A stretch of 64,000 nucleotides of DNA. Source: an uncultured virus (IMG/VR IMGVR_UViG_3300042520_003480) (lineage: Duplodnaviria; Heunggongvirae; Uroviricota; Caudoviricetes). The position numbers and the translations under genes are program-made. Numbering within the stretch: position 1 is the stretch's first letter; each line of letters begins with the position of its first letter. The DNA is taken from IMG/VR virus record IMGVR_UViG_3300042520_003480; one strand, written 5' to 3'. Below, piece by piece: positions 1-9,900 of this stretch. The notes under the pieces were generated by a model. That model ran no database searches. It saw nothing but the letters and a program-made list of their open reading frames with translations, and was not told the origin of the DNA.

Positions 1-1196
1 GCTGTTTTAATATAAACAGGATCAAAAGAACTTAGGTTATTATATTCTACATTAAAACCAGTTAAGTCAATATTGGTTGATCCTTTATCAAAAGCTGTTT
101 TAATATAAACAGGATCAAAAGAACTTAAATTGTTGTACTCTGCTGTATAAGCTGTTAAGACTGGAACAATACTAACTTTATCATTGTGTGCATTAGGATA
201 TTGAGGATCAAAGCCTGTTAATGAGTCGTGGGTTATGTTAAAAGCTGTTAAGACTGGAACAATACTAACTTTATCATTGTGTGCATTAGGATATTGAGGA
301 TCAAACTCTGTTAAAGAATCGTGTGTTATGTTAAAAGCTGTTAAGAAGGGAATAATCGAGACTTTATCATTATGAGCATTAGGATATTGAGAATCAAACT
401 CTGTTAATGAGTCGTGGGTTATGTTAAAAGCAGTTAAGAAGGGAATAATCGAGACTTTATCATTATGAGCATTAGGATATTGAGAATCAAACTCTGTTAA
501 TGAGTCGTGGGTTATGTTAAAAGCAGTTAAGACTGGAACGATGCCAACCTTATCAAAATGAGCATTAGGATATTGAGAATCAAACTCTGTTAATGAGTCG
601 TGGGTTATGTTAAAAGCAGTTAAGACTGGAACAATACTAACTTTATCATTATGTGCATTAGGATAATAAGAATCAAAGCCTGTTAAGGAATCGTGTGTTA
701 CATTAAAAGCAGACAGGGAAGTTGTTGATTTAGCTGTATCAGACGAAGCTGTGAGAAATCTAAAGAGATCTTTATTTACATACGCTGTTAATAGACTACT
801 AGTAGAACTAGTATCAGTTAGAGTTTTTAAGAATTGACTTTCTGAAGAAAGAGAAGAGAAAGCAACGTGAGAGGCTGATAAGGCTGTTGTGGGAAATACG
901 TCATCTGGATATAAAAGCTTAAATAATCTAACTCCACCTACGTAATCTTGAAGAGTCCATACATCAGCTCCAACATATTGCTTTGTCCCATGAAGGGCCG
1001 TTAGTCCGGTCGTGCTTGTAACTGTTTCGGGCAATTCGCTAGGAATCCTATTTGCATCATCTAGTGTTTGTCTGCATACATAAACTCCAATCCCTCCAAT
1101 TACTTTAAACGTATATATGGAAGTCTGACTCACAACCTGAATATAATTCATGGAGGTGAGAAGCAGATTTCTTGGAATTTGAATACATCTGAACAT
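1..1196 (-). CDS. Repeat-containing putative virion structural protein, truncated at the window edge and absent from the ORF track
   Basis: ATG at 1196 overlaps the TGA of the upstream gene (TGATG). Manual translation MFRCIQIPRNLLLTS... stays open to position 1 and contains 31-aa repeats DKVSIVPVLTAFNITHDSLTEFDSQYPNAHN. Confidence 0.85.
   Translation of the reverse strand, partial: MFRCIQIPRNLLLTSMNYIQVVSQTSIYTFKVIGGIGVYVCRQTLDDANRIPSELPETVTSTTGLTALHGTKQYVGADVWTLQDYVGGVRLFKLLYPDDVFPTTALSASHVAFSSLSSESQFLKTLTDTSSTSSLLTAYVNKDLFRFLTASSDTAKSTTSLSAFNVTHDSLTGFDSYYPNAHNDKVSIVPVLTAFNITHDSLTEFDSQYPNAHFDKVGIVPVLTAFNITHDSLTEFDSQYPNAHNDKVSIIPFLTAFNITHDSLTEFDSQYPNAHNDKVSIIPFLTAFNITHDSLTEFDPQYPNAHNDKVSIVPVLTAFNITHDSLTGFDPQYPNAHNDKVSIVPVLTAYTAEYNNLSSFDPVYIKTAFDKGSTNIDLTGFNVEYNNLSSFDPVYIKT
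148..712. repeat. Six imperfect 93-bp coding tandem repeats, plus a diverged 93-bp unit at 1-150
   Basis: Equivalent positions recur at 171, 264, 357, 450, 543 and 636; gctgttttaatataaacaggatcaaaagaactta occurs at 1 and 94. Confidence 0.95.
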
Positions 1197-1837
1197 CACT
1201 TATAAGCAATTACTGCACCAAATTGCAGATCAATTGAAGTAATTGGTCCAGAAAACGTAAACGTGATAGGTAGAATGTAGTTAGGTAAATTTCCTATGTT
1301 TGTGTTTGGAGCCCCTATACTAATAAATTTAGCAGCAGAAACCACAGTAATCGTGGTCCAGTTTCCAAAAGCTACTGAACCAGCTTCAATAAAATCAAAA
1401 CCATTTTGACCTAATTGTTGGTCCGCCTTGCTGACTAAATAGTCAACTTTTTGAGTCAATGCTGATAATTGACTTACTACTGTTATCGAGTCGCTACTAA
1501 CATGAGAAGAGAAAGAAGTTAGTTTATTATACAAATTTGTGTCATTTGTATTTTCTTGTTCTTTGAATGCTGTAAGTTGTTGAAATTGTAAATTATTGTT
1601 AGCAAATTCTTGTGTCTTAAAGTCTCCAAGCGTTGTGTTTAAGGCGCTTATCTCTGCTCCAATGTTAGAGGTAGATGTTATAATTTCTTCTGGATTTACT
1701 AGATAGACAGAACGAGCGTACAAGTCCCGATCTGCTCCTTGTACAGGAACCCACGAAAAGGTCTCAGCCATTCCAACGTTATATGTTGGAGGAGCAGTTG
1801 GAGTAGCTGTAAGAAGTGGAGTAAAAGGTTTAGCCAT
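1196..1837 (-). CDS. Hypothetical protein, probably virion-associated, with a central coiled-coil-like segment
   Basis: 213-aa ORF with a late-promoter-like GATAAGTA 6 nt upstream of the ATG. Confidence 0.6.
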   Translation of the reverse strand: MAKPFTPLLTATPTAPPTYNVGMAETFSWVPVQGADRDLYARSVYLVNPEEIITSTSNIGAEISALNTTLGDFKTQEFANNNLQFQQLTAFKEQENTNDTNLYNKLTSFSSHVSSDSITVVSQLSALTQKVDYLVSKADQQLGQNGFDFIEAGSVAFGNWTTITVVSAAKFISIGAPNTNIGNLPNYILPITFTFSGPITSIDLQFGAVIAYK

Positions 1838-1883
1838 TTGATTTACTTATCTTTTATAAGAAATATCTGTACAACTTTTCAAC

Positions 1884-1920
1884 AAAAAAAAAACCCTGAG
1901 GTTAAGTCAGGGCTTTTTTT
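1884..1920. terminator. Intrinsic terminator, possibly bidirectional
   Basis: A-tract, CCCTGA-loop-TCAGGG hairpin and T-tract, downstream of the minus-strand gene ending at 1941. Confidence 0.75.
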
Positions 1921-1940
1921 AAGAGCGTATACAAATTTGC

Positions 1941-3392
1941 TTATCTCTGCCACGTAAGAGTATAGGAAAGCTCAACTACTCTTCCTGGAGGAGGGTTCCA
2001 TGTCGTCTCAAACATAGTGAATATGCCTGCAAACCCTCTCCAATCCTCTTTGACTTGCATGTTATCATGAAGACCTCTCCACATGTTCATGTATTTTATG
2101 GGTTGAATGAGGTCATCTGTAGCAAAAGCGAAAGTTACTTTAGTTTGCCACAAACCAGCTGGCGGTGTTGAAGTTCTCAAGTATTTAAACGGCGTTGACA
2201 TTTCAACTGCTGATCTTGGATTAGAATATACTGTGGGTACAGTCAACAATTGAGCTGTTACAGGAAGGGGAATTGGATCTGATGCAGTATCTACAATGTT
2301 CCAAGGGTCAGTAGACATTAAAGGAACAGCTGTTGCGTAATCTCCTATTGCTCCTGTAGTGGCAGTGTCATCAAAGAATTCAAGCATCCACAACCCCCTT
2401 TTTTCAGCTGACGTAGATGTGTTTGCTGCGGAGGATTCGAATACTGAAGGAATTAATTGATTTAGTCCGTAAGCCCCCCACTCACCAAGTGTTCCTCCAG
2501 GAGAACCTCCACCTGAAAACATAAGGTCTCTAGCTACTCCTCCTACTGTTGCTTGTGGCGTTCTTTTTCCGCCTTCTAAGCGAAAGAACGGACACTGAGC
2601 AATAAATGTCTTGTTGGCAGGGAATTGATCTTCGGGCAATGCTCCTACAACTGCTGCTAAGTTTAATGACACACCTGTAGTAAACCCAACGGCTGTGTTG
2701 CAAATCGTGAACTCACATTCGTATGTGACTTCTTCTCGAGCTCCTGCTGAATATCTTGCTCTTGGACCTGGTACAGTAGCTCTACTAAAAAGACTGTAAT
2801 AAGCGTTGTCTCTATGAGTTAACCGCGTGGGATCTTCTATCGGGATACTGTTTCCGAATGAATCACCTCTTTGGTTGGTTACTCCTACCGTTCCTTTTAC
2901 TGCGTCCATGCAAGCAGGCCAAGTTCCTGGTCCTGTAAACCCAATGGGCGATGGGATACCGGCAATTCTGCCTACCGTTGCATAATAAGCAGGACCTATT
3001 CCAACTTCTCCCACTGTTATGGCTGAGGCAAAATGTACGACAAACGTTTGTTTAAAGCGGACAATCATATCTCCAGATGGAAGTACCTCATATTCCGTTT
3101 TTGTTTTTGTTGGATCAGGATTATGAAAAATATCTATATTACCAACAGGGTTGTAGGAGCGTTCGAAAAGTGGATCTATGAGAGTATACTTGTGTGCTCC
3201 TGTTGGGCTTGTTGCGGCGTTTGATGCTCCTAGAAATAAGTAATAAAAATTTTCAGCTACGGCCCAGCAAGGGTGTTCTGCGTGACCGGCTAATCTGGTC
3301 ATTCCCCAATCAGTAATTCCGTTGTCGATAGTAAGATTAGCGTTCTTAAAATGGAATTTGCCTCGTACTTTTATGTCTATATTTTTATTCAT
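1941..3392 (-). CDS. Putative tail/baseplate structural protein, paralog of 11699..13084
   Basis: Shares NxITDWGMxR, ExG, FSRAT.P.P and a C-terminal YxxT[WF]xR with the 461-aa protein; late-promoter motif upstream. Confidence 0.6.
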   Translation of the reverse strand: MNKNIDIKVRGKFHFKNANLTIDNGITDWGMTRLAGHAEHPCWAVAENFYYLFLGASNAATSPTGAHKYTLIDPLFERSYNPVGNIDIFHNPDPTKTKTEYEVLPSGDMIVRFKQTFVVHFASAITVGEVGIGPAYYATVGRIAGIPSPIGFTGPGTWPACMDAVKGTVGVTNQRGDSFGNSIPIEDPTRLTHRDNAYYSLFSRATVPGPRARYSAGAREEVTYECEFTICNTAVGFTTGVSLNLAAVVGALPEDQFPANKTFIAQCPFFRLEGGKRTPQATVGGVARDLMFSGGGSPGGTLGEWGAYGLNQLIPSVFESSAANTSTSAEKRGLWMLEFFDDTATTGAIGDYATAVPLMSTDPWNIVDTASDPIPLPVTAQLLTVPTVYSNPRSAVEMSTPFKYLRTSTPPAGLWQTKVTFAFATDDLIQPIKYMNMWRGLHDNMQVKEDWRGFAGIFTMFETTWNPPPGRVVELSYTLTWQR

Positions 3393-3447
3393 ATATTTTA
3401 TTTATCTAAATTAGTTTTTTTTTCAAATTACATAAATAGAGTAATAT

Positions 3448-5025
3448 ATGAGTGGAATGAATCCTAATCTAAGAAATAGAACCGCAAAGCTAATACGGAC
3501 GTTCAATATACAAGGAAAAACTTTGGGTTCGCAATCTTACCTCCCACCGACTCCTACACCGACTCCAACTCCTACACCGACTCCAACTCCTACACCGACT
3601 CCAACTCCTACACCGACTCCAACTCCTACACCGACTCCTCCTTTAAACTCAAAAGACTTAATGTCAGTTTGCATGGATGTTAGCGGAAGATCTATAGATA
3701 GTTCGTCTTGGACCGTGCTGCTGCCACCAGACAAGGAAACATCTTCTGTTTGTCTGACAATTGATGGGTTGTCTAAACCTAGTACGCCGAGTGTTGGGCT
3801 CACTATAAAAGAAGAGATTGCTTCTGTGTGTATTAACATGAGTGGTTTATCAAAAGGGTATACGGGATTAGGATTGCCCTTTCCACTTAATTCTGAAAAA
3901 ATTGCTTTGTGTTATAATATTGAAGGTAAGTCTACTCTTGGTGCTGGGTTTAGCTCTCTCCTACCTAGTATCGAAAGATCTTCTGTTTGTTTTAATATAG
4001 ATGGTCATTCTATAGGAGGAACGGGAGGAGGAGGAGGACTGTCTGCGATTTCTCCGGAGCTGGCTTCGGTGTGTGTTGATATAAAAGGAAGTTCAACAAC
4101 CAGCATTGGAACTCCAATAACTGGGTCATCAGCTCTAAAAGAGAGCGCGTTTGCGTGTTTTAATTTAGACGGAAATTCAACAAGTTATTCAACACTTCCT
4201 CTTGATCCGGATACACTTAATGCTTCTAATAGTTCAATTCTTTGTTTTGACATAGAAGGACTAGCTCGAACGAGCACTCTTATTCCTTTGGCAATATCCT
4301 GGAAAGAATCCGCAAACATGTGTTTTGAACTAGATGGAATTTCTAGAACCATTGTTTCTACACCAATACTTTATGATGAGGATTCTAGTTCTTTTTGCTT
4401 TGAAGTAGAGGGAGAGATGACAAATTCTCTTTTTACACCTATTCCTGATATAAAAGAGAGTTCTTCTCTTTGTTTTGAAATGTCAGGAGAATCCTACATA
4501 GCAGGCAGCAGACCTCCGATAGGAATTGGCTCATCGCTCATATTTTATGCCCCAATCGGACAAACTGGAGTTGGCACTAGCTCAACTAACTCTGATTATG
4601 TAACTTTAACCCCTTCTTCTCTGTTATACTTTAAAATTTGGGATACCGTAACCTCAGGATATATTAACGTTCCTTTTAGTTATTTTATACAGAGACGTCT
4701 ATTGGCTTCTGATAGAGTAATTGAATATGACAGACACTTGTGCTCTCTTCCTTTAATTGAATTGGATCTTGACTTTCCTCAAGCTGTTGGCCAAACCGCT
4801 ACTACAATAGGCGTTTTTTACGCTCATCCCGTAGGAGCTCCTATTGCTCTTAATTCAATAAATCAACTAACAGGAGATTTATATAGCATTACGCCAGTTG
4901 GAGGAGCTACAAGCACCACATTGCCTTCTCAGCCCCTTAATTATCTTGGAAAAAATTACGTAATTTATAGATTGACCGCTCAGATACCCAACACAAGTTT
5001 AACTCTAAGAACTGTCTGCTATTAA
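3448..5025 (+). CDS. Putative virion protein with a short leader, a Pro-Thr linker and about 11 Cys-containing strand-like repeats
   Basis: SGMNPNLRNR leader, (PT)n, then repeats such as ETSSVCLTIDGLS and ERSSVCFNIDGHS. Confidence 0.65.
   Translation: MSGMNPNLRNRTAKLIRTFNIQGKTLGSQSYLPPTPTPTPTPTPTPTPTPTPTPTPTPTPTPTPPLNSKDLMSVCMDVSGRSIDSSSWTVLLPPDKETSSVCLTIDGLSKPSTPSVGLTIKEEIASVCINMSGLSKGYTGLGLPFPLNSEKIALCYNIEGKSTLGAGFSSLLPSIERSSVCFNIDGHSIGGTGGGGGLSAISPELASVCVDIKGSSTTSIGTPITGSSALKESAFACFNLDGNSTSYSTLPLDPDTLNASNSSILCFDIEGLARTSTLIPLAISWKESANMCFELDGISRTIVSTPILYDEDSSSFCFEVEGEMTNSLFTPIPDIKESSSLCFEMSGESYIAGSRPPIGIGSSLIFYAPIGQTGVGTSSTNSDYVTLTPSSLLYFKIWDTVTSGYINVPFSYFIQRRLLASDRVIEYDRHLCSLPLIELDLDFPQAVGQTATTIGVFYAHPVGAPIALNSINQLTGDLYSITPVGGATSTTLPSQPLNYLGKNYVIYRLTAQIPNTSLTLRTVCY
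3544..3640 (+). repeat. 18-bp tandem repeat encoding a Pro-Thr linker
   Basis: (ccgactccaactcctaca)n. Confidence 0.95.
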
Positions 5026-5031
5026 TAAAAA

Positions 5032-6921
5032 ATGAATATTTTAAATGTACAAACTGGAGCCATTTCTCAACTCGTTCCAAGAACCTTATCAAACGTAAAC
5101 GCCTTACACGGACTTTATTTTTCTCATGAAGGTGTTGGCGGATATGTAGAATTACCTAGCATAATTTACAGAAACGACATACCAATTGGAGAAGAAATGA
5201 ATTCTGATGGTATGTCTTCTGGCAGAAGAAAGTTGGGAATGATTGTTTATGCAGCTGAAGAAGATAGATACTACCAGTTAGCTCCTCTTAGTAGTGATTC
5301 TCTAGGTATAAACAAAGTTCAAATCACATATGCTGATTGGGTTGCTGCTAATGATGCCCAAAAAATGGTTTGGTTGGATCCAACTAAAACCAGAGAAGAT
5401 ATTTTTAATTCAACATCAACAGGTGCCTTAATTGTTGGTTCTGGAGATCCAAATGATGCTTGGAGGGAAATATACTTAAACGGAGACCCAAATTTAAGAA
5501 CTTATTTAGATGGAAATTTTCTACCTCTTTCTGGAGGGACTGTTGATGGAAATCTTTTTATTGAAGGCAGCTTGTACATAACAGGTAGTGCTGCACAGAT
5601 TAGTGCGACAAATATTTCTATTGCTGATCCGTTAATATTCTTAGCTCATGGAAATCCTACTAATTCTTTAGATTTAGGGTTTGTAGCTGAATACAACCAA
5701 CATCCTCTTGGTCAGCAACATACGGGTTTAGTCAGACTTCATGACAAAGATGAATGGACATTGTTTACGGGCTTAACAACAGATCCGTTAACCTCAACTA
5801 CTATCTCAAGAACGGATCCTACTTTTAAAATAGATACTTTAAATGCTAACATTAAAGGAAATCTATTAACAAGCACAAACGTTTTTGGATATCTTAGCTC
5901 AAATGATGTAATATATGCTAAGGATGGCAATTCTGGTGAATGGGGCTCTGTTTATACAACTGTTAGTACGAATAGTGCTAAGTGGGAAACTGCTTACAGT
6001 GCTACTTCTAGTAATATCATCCATAAAGGAAATTCATTTGGAGAAAACGTAATAATAGGTTCAAATGATCCCTATAGTTTGGTTTTTGAAACGAGCGGTA
6101 CGCCAAGAGTTACTGTGCTTTCGGGAGGAAACGTTGGTATTGGAAACACAAATCCAAATTATAGCTTAACTGTAACTGGAGATGTTAGTGCAAACGCATT
6201 AAGATTGACCTCAGGAACAAGTTCTACAAACGGAATTCTTTTTGGAACTGATGTTAATCTTTATAGAAGTGCAGCAAATGTTTTAAAAACTGATGACAGC
6301 TTCATACCTGTCCTTAATACCTCAACTACCTCAAACACTGTGGTTGTTGGTAAAAGCACTACAGATAATACTCTAGAAAAACGAAACGTAAATTCACAAG
6401 TTTGGAATACAACTGCTACTTTTGTAACGGCGGATCCTTCTTTTAGTATTACAACAAATTATGTACCAAAAGCTTCCAACTCTACTTCTTTAAGAAATAG
6501 CCAAATTTTTGATAACGGAACAAACGTAGGTGTAGGAACAATTACTCCTAATGAAAAATTAACTGTTACTGGAAGTATTAGTGCCACGGATTATATTTTT
6601 AATCGTACAAAATTAAATTTTGTAGATTCAACTTATACGTTTAAATTGAGTGATCAAAATTGTTTAACGTTGTTTAATACAACAACTCCTGTAACTGCTT
6701 ATGTGCCATCTGATACTTCTGAGGCATTTTCAGTTGGTACTAGTGTTAACTTTACCACTCTTAGTGCCATTGTGTATGTTAAAAGCGAAGCTGGGGTGAC
6801 AATACGAGCCGCTGATGGTCGTGACTATCTCAGAACAAGTTATTCAACTGGAACCGTTCTCAAAATAAACTCTAATGACTGGTTATTATTTGGAGATATT
6901 TGGAGTGACACTCTAAATTAA
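5032..6921 (+). CDS. Tail fibre protein
   Basis: GNVGIG/NVGVGT fibre repeats, DVNLYRSAANVLKTDD and a C-terminal domain ending WLLFGD; paralogous to 45845..48739. Confidence 0.75.
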   Translation: MNILNVQTGAISQLVPRTLSNVNALHGLYFSHEGVGGYVELPSIIYRNDIPIGEEMNSDGMSSGRRKLGMIVYAAEEDRYYQLAPLSSDSLGINKVQITYADWVAANDAQKMVWLDPTKTREDIFNSTSTGALIVGSGDPNDAWREIYLNGDPNLRTYLDGNFLPLSGGTVDGNLFIEGSLYITGSAAQISATNISIADPLIFLAHGNPTNSLDLGFVAEYNQHPLGQQHTGLVRLHDKDEWTLFTGLTTDPLTSTTISRTDPTFKIDTLNANIKGNLLTSTNVFGYLSSNDVIYAKDGNSGEWGSVYTTVSTNSAKWETAYSATSSNIIHKGNSFGENVIIGSNDPYSLVFETSGTPRVTVLSGGNVGIGNTNPNYSLTVTGDVSANALRLTSGTSSTNGILFGTDVNLYRSAANVLKTDDSFIPVLNTSTTSNTVVVGKSTTDNTLEKRNVNSQVWNTTATFVTADPSFSITTNYVPKASNSTSLRNSQIFDNGTNVGVGTITPNEKLTVTGSISATDYIFNRTKLNFVDSTYTFKLSDQNCLTLFNTTTPVTAYVPSDTSEAFSVGTSVNFTTLSAIVYVKSEAGVTIRAADGRDYLRTSYSTGTVLKINSNDWLLFGDIWSDTLN

Positions 6922-6926
6922 AAGAA

Positions 6927-9900
6927 ATGATAATACAACAAGGCATAATAGCTAGTTCGATCCAAACACTAAGCAAAATAATAATTGACTCATTAACGGA
7001 TTATGCTACCACTTCTTATAGTTTGTGTTCGTTCAGTGCTCCTGAAGGAGAAATTCCGATCTCATGGTTTAAATTTATTGATATAGACAACGATGTAATT
7101 ACAAACTCTTATTCTCTATGCTCGTTTAGCGTATCAGAAAATCAATTATTGAGTGCAAATTTGGGATATCACTTTCTGTCTGCTGAAGATACTATTACAA
7201 ACTCTTATTCTCTATGCTCGTTTAGCGTATCAGAAAATCAATTATCGAGTATAAATTTGGGATATCACTTTTTGTCTGCTGAAGATACTATTACAAATAC
7301 ACTTAATGTCTCTTCCTTTAGTGTTCCGACTTCCGGATTAACGCTAACATACCCCTTAACTGTAACAAATATTAATACATTTCGAACGTCCATTTATGGG
7401 GTTTCTTCTGATGCAGTAGCTGTTCTCGGAAATCCCCGTTTTAGTTTTACGTATTGGGAGGTTTCGAATGGCGGTTCATGGTCAATTGTTCCGACATATC
7501 AAACAGTTAGCGGCTATGCTTTCTTGTCTGGAGGACAATCTTGGTATGATGCTTCAGTAGGGGCTTTGAGTGCTAGACTTATAGTAGGGTATCAAGGAAG
7601 ATCATATAGAACAAATCCTGTTGCTCTTAAACCTTATTCCAGCGTGTTAGACATTCCTAACCTTCAATTATGGTTAGATGCTTCTGACTCTACTACACTT
7701 TCTGGTGGAAATGCAACAACAGGAGCTTTTCGAGATAGCAGTTCTAATATTTTTACTATTACAAAAAATGGAAACGTTGGACAAGGAAATTTTAGTCCAT
7801 TTTTTACAACTGGTTCAACTTACAGTCCAACTATACATGGAGGAAGTGGGTATTTTGATAGAAGCAGTTATCTGTCGACCCCATCAAATGCCGCTTTTAA
7901 TTTTGGAACAGGAAATTTTACCGTTGAATGTTGGATCAATTCAAATGATGTGTCATCATCAACACAAGTAGGATTTCTTCAGACATCAGATGTTGCTGGT
8001 GGATTAAAACAGGACTACAATTCAGGAATTGCTATTGTTCAAGGTATAGGGGCTGGTGTTGGAATGACTGGTGGGTTGGCTGTCAATATTGCTGGAACTT
8101 TTGTAGGCTCAAACACTCCAATATTAACAACTGGCACTTGGTATCATATCGCAGTTGTTAGAAATAGCGGTGTTGTAAGAATATATGTAAACGGGAAAGT
8201 TCATGCTTCTGGAACAGCAAATGGAAATTGTTTCGGAACAAACCTGTGTGTAGGTGGTTATTATAATACAAGTTATCTTTATAATGGATATATCTCCAAT
8301 CTCCGCGTTGTCAAAGGAACGCCTCTCTATACTTCAAACTTTACTCCTCCTACAGCTCCTTTAACAAACATTTCAAATACTTCTCTTCTTCTCAACTTTA
8401 CAAATGGGGTAGCTTTAGATGGCACTATTAATAACAGTTTAGCTTTATATGGTGGAGCAGCAATTGTTAATGCTGCAAAAAAATACGGAACAGGTTCTTT
8501 TCTCTTTAACGGAAATGGAGAGTACATAGTAGCTCCTTCTCGACCAAATTATAGACTTGGTTTCGATAATTTCACAATAGAATGTTGGGTAAAATTTAAT
8601 AACACCACAACGGACAGCGATGGTATTGCGGATAGTGGAAGCACATTAACTTCTGCAAATGCCAATCAATGGTTTATATATAGAAATAATAATATACTAC
8701 GTTTTGGTAGACACGCAGTTGCTGATTTATTAACTTACGACACATCGACGTTAGTTCCAAACACTTGGTATCACCTTGCTGTGACTAGAGACTCTGACTA
8801 TTTGAGTATGTTTATCAATGGAACGAGAGTATCGTCAACATATTATGCAGGATGGGACATTGATGACTCAAACGTAAGAATTGGAGTAGTCGCGACTCCA
8901 TTTTATATGAAAGGAGGCATTGATGATTTCAGACTCACTAGAAGAGTTTCAAGATACGGTCCATCCACAGTGTTGCTTTTAAATGGCAATGGCTCAGATA
9001 ATGCTAACAATAACACTTTTTTAGATAGTAGTTCCAATAACTTTACTATCACAAGAAACGGATCCGTTACTCAAGGATCGTTTAGTCCATTCCCATTAAA
9101 TGGAGCAACTTATAATCCTTCTTTACATGGAGGAAGTGGGTATTTTAATGGAGTAGCTGGAAACTATCTTTCAGTTCCTGCTAATGCGGGCTTTAATTTT
9201 TCTTCTGGAACGTTTACGGTAGAAGCGCAGGTAAACTTTAATTCTCTTCCTGTCCAAGCCACGGTCTTCGGAAATTATAATAGCATTAATACCGGTTGGA
9301 CATTAAATTTAAGCAATGGAAAAATAGTAGTTAATTTTTCTGGAGATGGACCAAATATTACAGGAACCACATCAATTCAAACGGGAGTTTGGTACCATAT
9401 TGCTGTATCTGGTTCTCCTGGCTCTTACAAATTATTCGTAAACGGAATACAGGAAGGATCAACTTATGCAGGAGCGACTTCATTGGTTGGAGGAAATTTA
9501 GGAGTAGGAGCACTAGGAGACAGATCTGGATATATTGGAGCGAATCCAATGAGCGGTTATATTTCTAGTCTTCGCATTATCAACGGAACTGCTCTTTATA
9601 CCTCTAACTTTACTCCTTCTACAGCTCCATTAACAAATATTACAGATACTTCTCTTCTTCTTAACTTCACAAACGGAGGAGTTATTGATAGTACTGGCAA
9701 AAACGACGTAATCACAGTAGGAAACGCAAAGATTAGTACATCTATTAAGAAGTATGGGACAGGTTCTATGTATTTTGATGGAAGTGGAGACTATCTACGA
9801 ATTCCTGCAAGCTCTGATTTGACTCTAGGAATTGCTGATTTTACAATTGAATTCTGGTGCAATTTTACTTCCACTAATGATTCAGGATCTGTTAACAGAA

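Noticed and set aside
148..712. CRISPR array
   Set aside because: Whole 93-bp units repeat without unique spacers and stay in frame within an ORF.
3537..3839. Gly-Val repeat ORF, and the WSRC-repeat ORF at 13783..14097
   Set aside because: These are antisense shadows of the Pro-Thr linkers.
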